DNA of 64,000 nt, taken from assembly GCA_030141605.1 (NCBI GenBank), contig JAQGDQ010000182.1, forward strand, positions 1 to 64,000. Direction: 5' to 3'. This DNA comes from Tubiluchus corallicola (lineage: Eukaryota; Animalia; Priapulida). This document shows positions 23,497 to 35,674 of the stretch, in pieces. The notes under the pieces are model-generated. The model made no database searches and was not told the origin of the DNA. It saw only the letters and a program-made list of their open reading frames with translations. The translations under genes were made by a program, and so were the position numbers. Positions within the stretch are counted from its first letter, which is position 1. The number at the start of each line of letters is the position of its first letter.

Positions 23497-26400
23497 CTGA
23501 AAACAAAGATTGGCATATAGCTAGGAAAATGTCAAAAAAATAAGCCTCTAGCACAAGATTTATTTTGCTTTATATTGAATTTCATAATTTTCACTCACTA
23601 CATAAGGCCGGATTTTGCTAAGAAGAGAGTGGAATAAATTGTGGAATGGAATAAATTACAAACGCCAACAATAAAATAAACTTGCAGGAAAGCCCAACGA
23701 TGGCTTGGCAAGCCTATTTCAGAGCCCACCAACTATCTCCATGGTCAAGGAATAAAACAGTAAGAACTTCAGAAAGTATTCTAGATAAATGGTATACGTC
23801 GTCATATACTGCGTATCCGCTTAGTGGCTGAATGTAAGCAACGCCATATCTGATCAGTAACTATTGGGTGATTGTCGGCTATTTCGTTCGGCCATACAGT
23901 GCGTGGGTATTTATGAGGAAGGATGCATAACATAGATCCCAAACATCTCGCTGAGTCACTTCTCCACTTCTGGGTAGGCCTATTGTTCTCTATAATGAGC
24001 TAAGTTTTGGTATCTCAGCAGCCATCTACATTAAGCAGGCACTTCACCTGAGAGTGTGATAAAATATTTGTACAATTCTTACTAGATAAATGTGAGCATC
24101 GTTCAAACTGTGCATATTTTCAGTTTCAGTATGATTTTAAAAAGCCCTAGTCATCGACCACTAGTGAGTAGAACATTGTAGCAAATAAATGATTATTGAA
24201 ATTATTCTGTAAGTTGCAACATAAATATGAAAATATAGACACGAAGCTCTAGTCCATTATTATGTAGTATCTTCAGGTGAAAAGGAATAAAAATGCACGC
24301 GCGGAAAAATCTCAATATAAAGGATACAATCGCTAATAAATCCCAAAATCTTGCAGCACAAAGAAACGACAAACAAACACAAAATTTTACCAATAATTAT
24401 TACAAGCAGGAAGAATAAAATAGTAAATAAAAAATAGCCAACAGAAAGCTCTTGGTGAATATGAAAATTTAGCAAATAGTTTGTCGTGTATTAAGCAGAA
24501 AGAGACGAAATAATAAAATTGCTTGTGGCGTGTTACGAATTAAAAGAGAAAACTCTATAAATTTGCTGTGATGTAAAATAGAACTTTGAAAAATACTCAG
24601 AGCACATGAGCATCGTCACTGAAATATAGAGCTCTGCAAATCTGATTGAAGTTTGGCTACTTCAGTCTACATACAATTTTCGTTCTGATCAAGTACATTT
24701 GTTTTAGTCAGGTTTTAATAAAAGAGGACAAGTTTAAATCTAAAGACGAAAACAAGAAGTAAAAGATCAACGACATTAACTCACTTATGCATGCATTCAT
24801 TCATTCATTCCTTCCTTCCTCCATTCATTCATTCTTTCATACATTCATTTATGCATGCATTTACTCATTCATTCATTTTTTCGTGCATTCATTCAACCAT
24901 TCATTCGTTTAGTTTTTTGTATAACAATTGGAAGTCATCAAAGCAAATTAAGCGAAGCGATACTTACGGTTTCAATGCCATTACGAAGTACAGAATCCTG
25001 GGTAGAATGAGCAGTCTTTGATTGATTCGTATAGCTGTTACAATTTTATCGGTTACATAGTCTTGGTCAAGTTCTGGCAAAAGGGTAGGCCACCTGCGAA
25101 AAATACCAGAGACAGTTGGTATAATTCTATAGGCAATGTAAATTGTTTCGTATTACTTTCGTTACCAGATGGCAGCACCGTGCAGCACCCAGCTTTTGTT
25201 CAGGCCGGTGAAGGTAATGATAAGCGTGGCGTCACTTATGCAACTTCTGAGTGGGTAAGGACCTGGTACGTAATTAAACATCTTCGGCCAGGCAAAGAGG
25301 TGTGTGTCTTTTCTAGTCACGCCTAGTAGCTTGACCTGTTACACCATATGTTATGGGTGCAAATGCTAAAAAGTGATATTCTTTTATCTCAAAGGCAAAT
25401 TGTTTGCGAGCACTATATTCAGTACTTCAAACTACATTTTTCTGACAGTTTTAGGTATGTACTTTCAATGATAAGCATTATTCAAAATGACGTTCAGTTT
25501 TAAAATAACCAAGTAGAGGCGGGTGTAAATTTGTGCCACAGCAGTTCGTGGCAACTTGAGTTAGCTGACTGTCAACTCTGAGTGTCTGTCAGATAAAGAA
25601 TTTATATAGGCAAAACAATATTTATGTGCTTTACTGTGAAACAGAACCAGTGCACACTGCTCTCTACTGGCATTTACTTTGCTTGCATCCATTTGTTAGT
25701 ACCTTGATTATCAGTCTCCACTTTCATCTGTTGCTCAGCAATACTTACTTTGATTTAGCACCATCAAACATTCCCGTGTTAATGACGTATGGGCACACAC
25801 AAGTAGTCATAACGCCATCTTTTCCTTTAACAGCCAACTCCAAACTGGAAAAAATAACAAAATAATTATCAACTACATCTGTTGAAACAAACAGCGGAAT
25901 GGAATTTTATTTTGCTTTTGTTTACATTTGCCCTAAGTTGTGTTGGCATTGGATAAAATGTCAGCTTGCCATTTTCAGACTGGCGGTGATTTTGCCTATT
26001 TTGTAAAACCAATAGGCTAGAGGTTCTGTATTTACAAAGAGTTGTTTATGTGGAGGGTCGTCCAGCAAAAAACGTTCTCCCTATACCAGCACCATGCCCT
26101 TCATTTTGCTAGAGGCACCTGTAAAAAGACTCACGTGATCGTGTAGCTCGTTTTCTCGTATTTCCAAAAGAAATTTCCCTTGATGCCCAGCCAACCACCG
26201 CCAATACGGTTTCACTCCAATGTGTTCCAATATTAGCGGGTGAAAAATCGTCAAAAACAGCTGTTTTTGTTCACTGCCGTGTAGGAAAATTGCCCATCGG
26301 CACTTAGTGAGAGGCTTAGAGGGAAATTTATAGCTCTTTGGCGAGGAAAAACTGGGCTATATCACTGGGTTTTTACAAGAACCTCTGCAAGGTGAAGAAT

Positions 26401-27580
26401 TGTGAGTTAAATTAGGGAACGTTTTTTCCAAACCCTGTATACGCTTGTGAATTAGCTTTAATCTTCTTTGTAGACAGTATTGAAAGAAACTGTTGAGAAG
26501 CATTAAACAGGATGACGAGTAACCAACCTCAACGATTCGTGGAACCCAACAGCACCAAACTTGCTAGCGCAGTAGTCTACTAGCCCATTGACTCCTGCAA
26601 ATCCTGCTGAACTGGATATTGTGACGATATGCCCATGATTCTTCTCCATCATACTAGGCAGGAAGGCTTTGGTTGTCTAAAATGGAGACAATGCGTCAAA
26701 ATAGTCAAATGATTCAGCATAAAAGACTAGCCGTACGCCATCATGTTTCACACAGGGATTGCCAGCAGCCCATTTTAAAGAGTTATCAAATGTAGCTATG
26801 AAAGTTAAAAAACTAAAAGAATAGAAGTGACGTTTGCATAGTTAATAAGACCATTACCAAAATGTTAACTTAAAAAATGTAAGTGGCGAGAGAACAAATT
26901 CATTAGGAGAGGGAAATATCTGAATTCTCACCTTACTTGTGAAGAGAACGATGTTAAGGAAAAACGAGCCTGGTTTGTAAAACTTATGAGTGATCACTTG
27001 TAAAATTGCTTTAGGGCACCTTTATCTGTTGTAAGAGCTATTTACTTTCTTGGTAACTACATTCGAATGAGACTAAACACCTCTGCTCGAGTTTGGCATA
27101 TGAATATTTTTTTATATAATTTGAGTGCGACAATACAGCTTGCAGAATGCCAAACTGCACAGAAGAGATCTTTCTGAACCAGGCTTGTGAAACGTCATCA
27201 TTACTATTTATTGTCCATTCAACAATGGTCACGAAGCATCGTAAATAACCGCGTGGTCACACGCGCGTGTTTCAGATGAATGCATAATGACTGCCCGAGC
27301 TCGACATTCACTGTGGGCGTTTTCATCCATTATGCTGAATTTGACCACGCAGCTAACCGTAGAAAACTGATCGTAGCTAAGACACCTCTTTTGTTTCAGT
27401 ACTCATCTTATGGAGATATCATGATAATGAATTAGGCTCTCGTTTCTCCATATACACTAACGTTGAGCAGGAATCCGTTGTTCAATGCTGGATATCGGTG
27501 TGAAGTGTGCCAAAGTGTAAAAAAAGCCAGGCGCGACAATGTTTTATCATCAATGTCATAATCGTCACCATAATCATATG

Positions 27581-27614
<34 letters not shown>

Positions 27615-30266
27615 GTGGCAGCGTCAGTGAGAGCAGTTTTTAACTGAGTGCATGTAGTAATATATCATACAACAGGCCTACACATACATCACAACCATTA
27701 CAATTATGTGGAGTTAAATGTTGATTCAGTTTTGAGATAGTTGTACCCACGAGCTAATTAAATATCTAAATAAAGAAGAATACTCATAAATACTGTAACC
27801 ATTTATCTCATCTGTATTCATATTTTGCATTTGGAGGTTAGCAATTGAGGTTTCCTCATGTCTTTAACTAAACAGGCTCAGAGTTTTTCAAATCCTTGGT
27901 CCTAAACTTAACTGTTAATTACTTGTATACAGTGATTAGTTTCTCTTAACTATGTATAAGTGGCTCTGGTTAATTGCATGCTGACTGAGAACAGAGCACG
28001 TGAATCAAGAATATGCTTTGATCCTATGGATTGATAGCTCAAGTGGCCTAATGCCACAAAATCTTGGTTCGAGCACTGATTGACTCACACTTTTTAAAGC
28101 CAAATTTCTAAATTTAATTATTAATTAAAATCTTTAAAATGATGTTGTTACTGCGTTGCGTCATCTTTTAGGATACCCGGTCAGTTCTCAGTGGGATTTT
28201 ATTGTGTGAACACTTTAATAGTAGTTTATGATAATTTCATGCGATGCAAGCGCCTATTAGTTAAACGCGCTGATAAAATCAAACACAATGAAATGTAAAA
28301 CAAAGCTTCAATTTTTAGATCCAAAACTGCAAAATCTGTAGAACTCATTAAAGAGCGCAGATTCGTAGAGATGAAATCGCGTGAGCCCTTCAAATTTCAA
28401 ATGACTGTGTATAATTTAAAGAAATCTCACTGAAAACAGTTCGATTAGAGTGGACCAGTGATTTATATGTACATACGAGGTTTCGAGCTTATTTAATTAT
28501 TGAGCGATGTGTAAACATTTGTGGGCACATTTTGCTAATTTATTTTATTTAACTTCTGTCTGCAATAAACTGTAAGCACAAAGTTAAGAAGACACAAACT
28601 ACACAATATTTACACAATAATAAAAGGACCATCTGACTGCGATGAGATGTTGTTTTATAATGTGAAATTTTTATCAGCTTTAGTGATCAAAGCTCTAGCT
28701 CTCGTTACAGTGAAATGCCTCATCCTACATACGTTACGTTTTTAGCTAGGACATCTAACAGAAGATAATACGTGAATACGATTCCAACGACAAAAGTATG
28801 CCAAAAGTATCAAAGTTCACTTGTCGAGTTTAGGCATTCCTATGGTCCATGGACACTACTAGCTCACAGAATTTTGTTTGACCACCAAATCACGATCTGT
28901 GTCAAGTAAACCTAACACACACTTGCTTTCTGGAACGAAACTAAGATAGGGAATCCGCCAAGTTGGAGGTAAAAGGATTTCTCGGGACGACATGAGGACG
29001 TGACGGTTTAATTGCATTTAATTAATCTAAACAACATTGAACGTTTCTATCCATTCACAGTCCTGTTGATGGCTTGTAACTTTGCCATTTCAATTGCATG
29101 TTATTTTTTCCATCATTGTGTGTCATCAATCCCTGTTTGTTCATTGTTTCTGCTTCTAGTCTCGAAAATTTCATTTTTTGGAGCCAAACCCTTATGCTGT
29201 CTAGAAATGCCTATGTAATAGGTTATATTCCTATAAGATTTTGCTGATCTCCACCCCACTGTCCCAATGCAGTCTTAGATGGATCAGTTGTTGATTAAAT
29301 TGTTAGTGAGAGGAGAAACAGCTGGGTCATATACACATTACATAATGATTTTGATACATTAAGCACATGGTCCAAAGTGGTGTATTACGTGCAGATAATA
29401 CATTATTTTAGCAACAATGTGGCGAAATTCATTATTGGGTTTATCCAACAGAAGGTACGGGTAGGGTTATTGATGATAAACGCAAACATTTGATTTAATC
29501 TGTTCAAAGAAGAAAGAAACCGTGCACGCAAGACCAAACATAAGAATTACGTCAAAAGAACATCAACGTTTATGCAAGTGTTTGAACTTACTAAGGCCTG
29601 ATAATAAATCCAGTGTCCTCTGGCGTAATATCGCAGACTTACTCTAGGAAAGGGCGTGAATTAGTAGTAGCTACTAGCTAACTAAAGAGCAAAAAGTATA
29701 TAGCTGACGCAGTCATGTCATTACGTGCTAGTTAAACATCGTGACAGGAACAACTAAAATTATTTTACCCAAAAATGCGCCGTTGTGTTGACGTCAAACG
29801 TTTTTTGTATCAGATGATCTGGAGCATCTAACAGTTTCTTCCCAGTAACAATCCCAGCATTGTTTATTAGCATTGTTATATCACCGACTTCCTCTTTAGT
29901 CTTTTTAGCTGCTTTGTAAATCTCTTCTCTGCTACTAACATCTACTTTGTACGTATAAGCTTTAGCACCTGTTTTGCGAACCTCTTCGGCTGTTTCTTCA
30001 TTAGCTTTGTCATTGATATCCCACAGTACTAACGTACAACTCAGTTTTGCTAGCTTTGTGCTAAGCAGACGACCTAAACCACTACCAGCTCCTGTTATGA
30101 GGACTATTTCTCCACTAACTTCTTTGCTCTTCATACTATCTGGCACAAAAAACATGACTATTGCTTTGACAATAAAAATGTGCAATAGCACCATAGTCAC
30201 AATTGTCTCTGTAATAGATGGCCATATATTAACCATTTTTTGCTTTATGGTGTCTAGCAGAGGCAT
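23397..30266 (-). CDS. SDR16C5: SDR16C-family short-chain dehydrogenase (epidermal retinol dehydrogenase 2-like), paralog A, 5 exons, 322 aa
   Basis: complement(join(23397-23496,24968-25093,25749-25844,26528-26676,29769-30266)). N-terminal hydrophobic anchor, [32 protein letters not shown]; GT-AG introns in phase. The symbol means '-like'; orthology to vertebrate SDR16C members is unresolved. Confidence 0.9.
23825..23990 (+). mobile_element. Possible 5S-rRNA-derived SINE remnant
   Basis: TAAGCAACGCCATATCTGATCAGTAACTATTGGGTGA loosely follows the 5S internal control region (TAAGCA...TTAGTACTTGGATGGGWGACC). Confidence 0.3.
24792..24906. repeat. (CATT)n microsatellite, degenerate
   Basis: Visible directly in the sequence. 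Confidence 0.85.
24968..25093 (-). CDS. SDR16C paralog A exon 4 ([18 protein letters not shown]...[12 protein letters not shown])
   Basis: Acceptor tttcgcag|G; donor CC|GTAAGT. Confidence 0.92.
25749..25844 (-). CDS. SDR16C paralog A exon 3 ([31 protein letters not shown])
   Basis: Acceptor tttccag|T; donor AA|GTAAGT. Confidence 0.93.
26115..26386. mobile_element. Foldback/MITE-like element with long imperfect inverted arms (same family as 45000-45352)
   Basis: Left arm TCGTGTAGCTCGTTTTCTC..TTTCCAAAAGAAATTTCCC pairs with right arm GGGAAATTTATAGCTCTTTGGCGAGGAAAAACTGGGCTATATCAC. Confidence 0.65.
26528..26676 (-). CDS. SDR16C paralog A exon 2 (TTKAFLPSM...[16 protein letters not shown])
   Basis: Acceptor ttttag|ACA; donor AG|GTTGGT; catalytic YxxxK. 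Confidence 0.93.
27581..27613. repeat. (CAT)n microsatellite
   Basis: Visible directly in the sequence. Confidence 0.9.
28028..28080 (+). other. Degenerate tRNA-like / SINE head (Pol III A and B boxes)
   Basis: TAGCTCAAGTGG (28035-28046) and GGTTCGAGCAC (28066-28076); the spacer is too short for an intact cloverleaf. Confidence 0.4.
29769..30266 (-). CDS. SDR16C paralog A exon 1 (MPLLDT...DVNTTAHFW)
   Basis: ORF 29760-30266; donor TGG|GTAAAA; 498 nt. Confidence 0.93.
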
Positions 30267-31221
30267 TCTTCAAAAACTGTTCTTTCTTGCACAATATAAG
30301 AGTGTAAAATTGATAGGAGCCAACAAAACTGATGTTTGACAGCACGTTATAACTATTGATGTATGTAATCGATAAATCTACGGAAAGCGCATAAACTACT
30401 GTTAGCGCCATGCGGTGCATGCGCACCAAAATGCTAAGCTATGAGCTGTTAAAGCTTGTCCTTGACTTAGTTTATAAAGCGTAGACTGGGTCGTGATAAA
30501 AGCACCGCCTAGTGGGGGTTAATTTTGTTTCAAGCTTGGTTTGGAGACGATAATTAGATACTAAATTGATTCATGAGTTTACTTTACCAGGAATAAAAAC
30601 TAATATTTTATCATACACTGTGTCATCTACAGAGGATGTGCTGAAGTGTTGGCTGTTGTAATAATTATAGAGTCCCCTGTAAGACTTTATAGATCATACG
30701 TATTTGCTTATCAGTTAGAAACGTATGTTGTAACGGAGGGTTACAGCGTTTAGCTTAAAGGATACATAGACTCAATAGTTGAAACCACAATATTTTTTAA
30801 TCAACATTGTATAATACACATCATATTGATAATACTGATAATTAGAATATAAATCATAAATAGATTACAAGTTTTATAAATTAGAACTTAATTTATAGAC
30901 AAAATATATGTGAATTAGGATCCTTTATAAAAGGCTTAGCTTTATTACAATGCAGCGCCGCACTCGCCACCAAAGATAAAGGTAGGTTTATATTCAATAG
31001 TACAGTAAAAAAACTAGTATAATTTATTCAAAAATTAAAACCACGTTACAATCATGACATGTATGATATGTTCTTGGTTACTAAAAAAAGAAAGTGGAAG
31101 TTCTGTAAACGTATCACCATGTAAAACCTCAATAAAACACTTAAAGCAAAAAAATGCAGTTATCAAAATTGTTAACTTTTAACATGTAATTTGGCATGCT
31201 GGAGAAATGGCATGCCTCTTA

Positions 31222-31983
31222 AGTTAATACATAAGATTATGGATATGTATAAAATAAATAAAATAGCTTATTTTATGGATTTTTGAAATTTTATTTTATG
31301 GATATCAATAAAATAAGAAATAGACTATATCTGGAACGAGATGCTCAGCGGGAAATCAATTAAACAGTTAAAACAGGAGTGCTTGAAACGTGTTTTTAAA
31401 CACGCAGGACTTAGTTTTAATTTTATCGGTTTCATATCACTTCAAATTTAATCAAACTTTACGAGACAATGCCTTGTAATTCATCACTTCAGTTCAAATA
31501 ATTCGTCTATTTGGTACGAATGTAGAATGCCCTCTAGGCTGAAGTTTCCGATCCAATGCCTGTATTCAGTTTTGATTGCCTATTGCTTTGCACCTTCTTT
31601 TTCTTCCTTTCCGAAATGTACACAAAACAGACACTCTACAGAGAGTACGTCTCTGGTGGCTGGGTCTCTCTCTATTATTTTCAGACCGAACTCCAGCTCA
31701 TGCTTTGGTTAAAACTTCGCCATCTTGATAACAAAAAGACAATGAGAAAAAACAATGTAAAAGAGCAAATCCGGAAATGCGCTTTTGTTGGTTTGCTTTT
31801 TCTCTTTCTCTCCTTCTAACGTTCGTTTTCAGTGTTGCCAATGCTTACAACTCGTTACTTTGTGCAAAAAATCACAAAAAATATTTTTTTATTTTATGCA
31901 TTTCTTATTTTATGGATTTTTCAAATTTTATTTTATGGATTTTTGGTCTTATTTTATGGATATCCATAATCTTATGCAGCCTG
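31222..31983 (-). mobile_element. hAT-like deletion derivative between the two SDR genes, carrying a transposase N-terminal remnant
   Basis: Inverted CATAAGATTATGGATA (31230) / TATCCATAATCTTATG (31961-31976); right terminus CCTG; repeated TTTTATGGAT subterminal motifs. The minus strand 31723-31583 reads MAKF*PKHELEFGLKIIERDPATRDVLSVECLFCVHFGKEEKEGAKQ*. Confidence 0.75.
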
Positions 31984-32075
31984 CAGTCTTAACAAATCCT
32001 TGTTTGATTCAAGGCTTCTTCGTCAAGGCGGAACCCAGCATAATTAGTTAATTACGCTAGACGTCACGGTCTTGC

Positions 32076-32169
32076 TTAATTTACCCCTACTCTTCCTTTG
32101 AAATTATCCATAAAATTAGGAATGCCAGACCAATGCCCCACTATGAATGCTGCCTCTGGTGGCAAAAAC
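32076..32169 (-). CDS. SDR16C paralog B exon 5 (FLPPEAAF...[11 protein letters not shown])
   Basis: Acceptor gtttcag|G; TAA at 32078-32076. Confidence 0.9.
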
Positions 32170-35100
32170 CTGAAACACAATCATCACCATCACGTTAAAT
32201 TACTTTTAGAATACGAATATTTAAATGATTGTACTTGTAAGGCTTTTCTGTAAAGCAAATTATTATTATTAAACTTATTGTTAAATTTTAATTGAAAGCA
32301 AACAGAAGTAGTGACTTGCACAAAACGTAACACTAGTCATTTTTTCACAAATACAGAGTAAAAACCACTTGAAGTCTTTTTAGCAGCGAATTGCTATAAG
32401 TTTTATTCATTTTAGCTAACTTGCTAGTTAAAATAACGTGTTAGGTTTCTTCTACTAACTGAATATCAGCAAGAGATCAACTGAATATGGGTCATCTGCT
32501 AACTAAGAAAATTTTAATAACTGAAAGGCAAGCAAAACATTTACCCTTTAAGCAAGAATGCAAAGTAGAGAACCCTGGGCATTATAAGGATCGTTTGATT
32601 CGTCTGAATGGCTTGCACAATTTTATCTGTTGCATAGTCCTGGTCCAGAGCTGGTATCAATTTTGGCCACCTTTAAAAAATTAATAGTTATACAGTATTT
32701 ATGCGCATAGAGGTCAACGTAATAAAAAACGAATATGTCAGTTGACTGCCATGAACACGTGCCGTCAGATTATTTTTTATCTATGACCAGCTATGTGAGC
32801 CGTCCTCAGCTTTGTCTCTTCTCGTCCCTAGGATAATCTGTTAACATGTGGGAGCAATTTTGAGACTCTCTTAATGAACGTAATAAACGCATAAATATAT
32901 AATAAGGACGTATTATCACACAAGCTAAATAGTTTCAGCGCACACCATGTTTCTCCAAAAAGGATTTTGTTATTGGAAATTTAGTCAGCAAACCTACAAA
33001 TTCTGCAAAATTACAAAAAGAAACAATAGACTAGTTTCCACGTTTCCATTAATTACATGTAAGCATATAACTTACACAAGTAATCAGGCTGCGCCAGTGA
33101 AACTGCACTTTTCATGAGCACCAGTGGTAATATGTACTAGATTAACATGACACTGAGAACATTATCTTACTTGGGCATTACTCCTTCAAACATTCCAGTG
33201 TTGACAATATATGGACAAACGCACGTTGTATGAACTCCATCTTTTCCCAACGTTTTAAGTTCTAGCCTGGCAATAAAAACAACAAAACAGTTTTTAGATA
33301 TTGTTTTTCATATACAGCAAAAGTTACAGAAACACAATTTACGAAAGTAAAGCATATAGGACTAACATTGTAAGATTCGTTTAACCGAAAGCTATCTCGT
33401 TTGGAGTATTATATCCATCTTACGTTTGGTCAGAACATTATTATAAGTCCAGAATATAGTATATATATATATATATATTCTTTCCAGTCCCTAATTTATT
33501 AACGACGCCCACTGTTCTTAAAACCGATTGCTAAGTGTACGTTATAGCAAATTAGCTAAAATCAATAAATTTAGCTAAATTCGCGATAAAATCAGTAAAA
33601 TTAAAAAGGCACGAAAAATGTTATTAATGTTGCATTTTAATGTAAAATAGTGGCATGTCTGGGTTACTGTAAGCATTGGCCTGTAGTTTTGTAAAGGTAA
33701 TATGTAATAACATAACCTGTAGGCTACGTCAAATTTTGTAGGGCATCAACTAACGCTAATTCTTAGCTCCACTACATTTATCCCTTATTTTTTGCAATAT
33801 ATTATTCTTTTGAGGTCGAGATCGAATTTCAGAATACATATAATCTCTCCTGCCTAAAGTGTCAATTTAGTAAATTTGGGTGCATTAGCTTGTGCAGTTG
33901 TCAAGTTTTTGAATCCTAAAGGTGGACCAAACCACTGATTGGTGGTCTAGACCTTTAATCTAAGGTCACTTTACTATTGTAATGGGTGTTATTCAATGGC
34001 CTACTCAAATTTACATTTTATGTTTTTTGGCTTCACTCGTTTATTTCATGTAACCCAATTTAATCCCGCGAGGTATTAATTTCATAACATCTTTTTCACC
34101 TGTGATTAAACTCTTGGTTGATATAGAATCCAAGAGTTCGTGAAAATGACCTTTGGTATTAATGACCACCCTAATATTTGTATATACCACTACAATCGGT
34201 CCATATGGGGCCTTCGGTACTATTTGGTACTAAAATCTTTGCAAATTTAGTTGTCTAGCTCCTTTCGGTTTGCCACATGTTACAACTATATTTTTTCTCT
34301 TCCTACACGTTCTCCTACTCTTCTTTTCGTTTTTCTTTCCTTCATTTTAAGCAATTCTATGGCTCTGTGCTGCACTGCAAGCAAAAACGATCAAAGTAAT
34401 GAATCACGACAAAACTGAGAGATCTTTCCAAAGAAGACAGGCATTGAATAATGTTATTAATTTTGGCTTAATTTCATTTATATTATCTCATAAGACTTAA
34501 TTAAACCTAGTTTAAACAAAATTGAGTTTAAATGAGGAAGCCGAGTTGTTTTTAAGCGCAAACCTTAAAGATTCATCAAACCCAACAGCTGCAAATTTAC
34601 TGGCGCAGTAATCTGCCAGCCCATTCACTCCTGTGTGTCCTGCACCACTTGCTAATGTGACAATGTGACCATGATTTCTTTCCAACATGTATGGCAAAAA
34701 TGCCTTAGTTGTCTGCAAAATAATTATCAGATCTGTAAATTCAGCAAGGCTATTGTCTTTTGCCAGATAAGTTGCAACTTAGTAAATTTTAAACTGTGAC
34801 AAAAAGAAAAAGACTCTAATTACTATTCTGACTTTAACATCCGCACAATAACTCTAGCAATTATTAATTCTAATCGTTCGATTCACAGAAGAAGCCGCCC
34901 GTTTCTCATTTCAAGAATCGAACGTTTGAGCCCGAAGCATTTTGATTTCTTGGCCGACATATTGGTAGCCTATCTGACGAAAACTTGGAGGTGCAGTGTT
35001 AGGCTGATAATAATAATTATTATTATTAATTTTATGTAGTTGTAGTTGAAAGTGTGAAGCTTTATAACATGCGAGAATATCAAATTGAGGGTAAATGATC

Positions 35101-35639
35101 ATCACATATTAGAAAATCGTATCGCAATACGATTTATACTGTATAAATGTGGTAAAATGCTGCAGTCGTTTTGGTCTTTGATCTACAGGTACAACTATCA
35201 TTTAGCTTCCACATATTAATGATTTACAGTTGCTTTTACATACATGGTTTTATTTAACATCATATTGTTATCTAAGAGCACCTGTAATCATAGTTCTACA
35301 AATCAGGTACTATTTGTCTTAGAAAACAGTTCACTGGAACAGTTCAAAGTCTGACTGTCTGATGTGTAGGGGTATATTGTTCAACTTTAATTTATTAATA
35401 GCAATCTTGTATTTTGTTTCCAATGCTTATGAGGTAAACCTAAGTTCAATAGGCGAAAAGTCAAATAAGCAATTTTTGCATATTTTTAATCATCTAGGTG
35501 CGGTAATAAGCTAAAATAATATGAGTAATGAAAGTTATTAATGTAGAACATGAGATGTATTGACAAAATAGAATGCAACAATCATTACTGCATTCTGTTA
35601 TTACTGCTAATGTTACTGCTGCAACGGCTGCTGCTGCTG

Positions 35640-35674
<35 letters not shown>

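Noticed and set aside
29050-29330. Minus-strand HAIEMAKLQ peptide reminiscent of a retrotransposon gag
   Set aside because: Too short and too interrupted to support a call.
29974-30339. 121-aa plus-strand ORF
   Set aside because: Antisense shadow of SDR paralog A exon 1.
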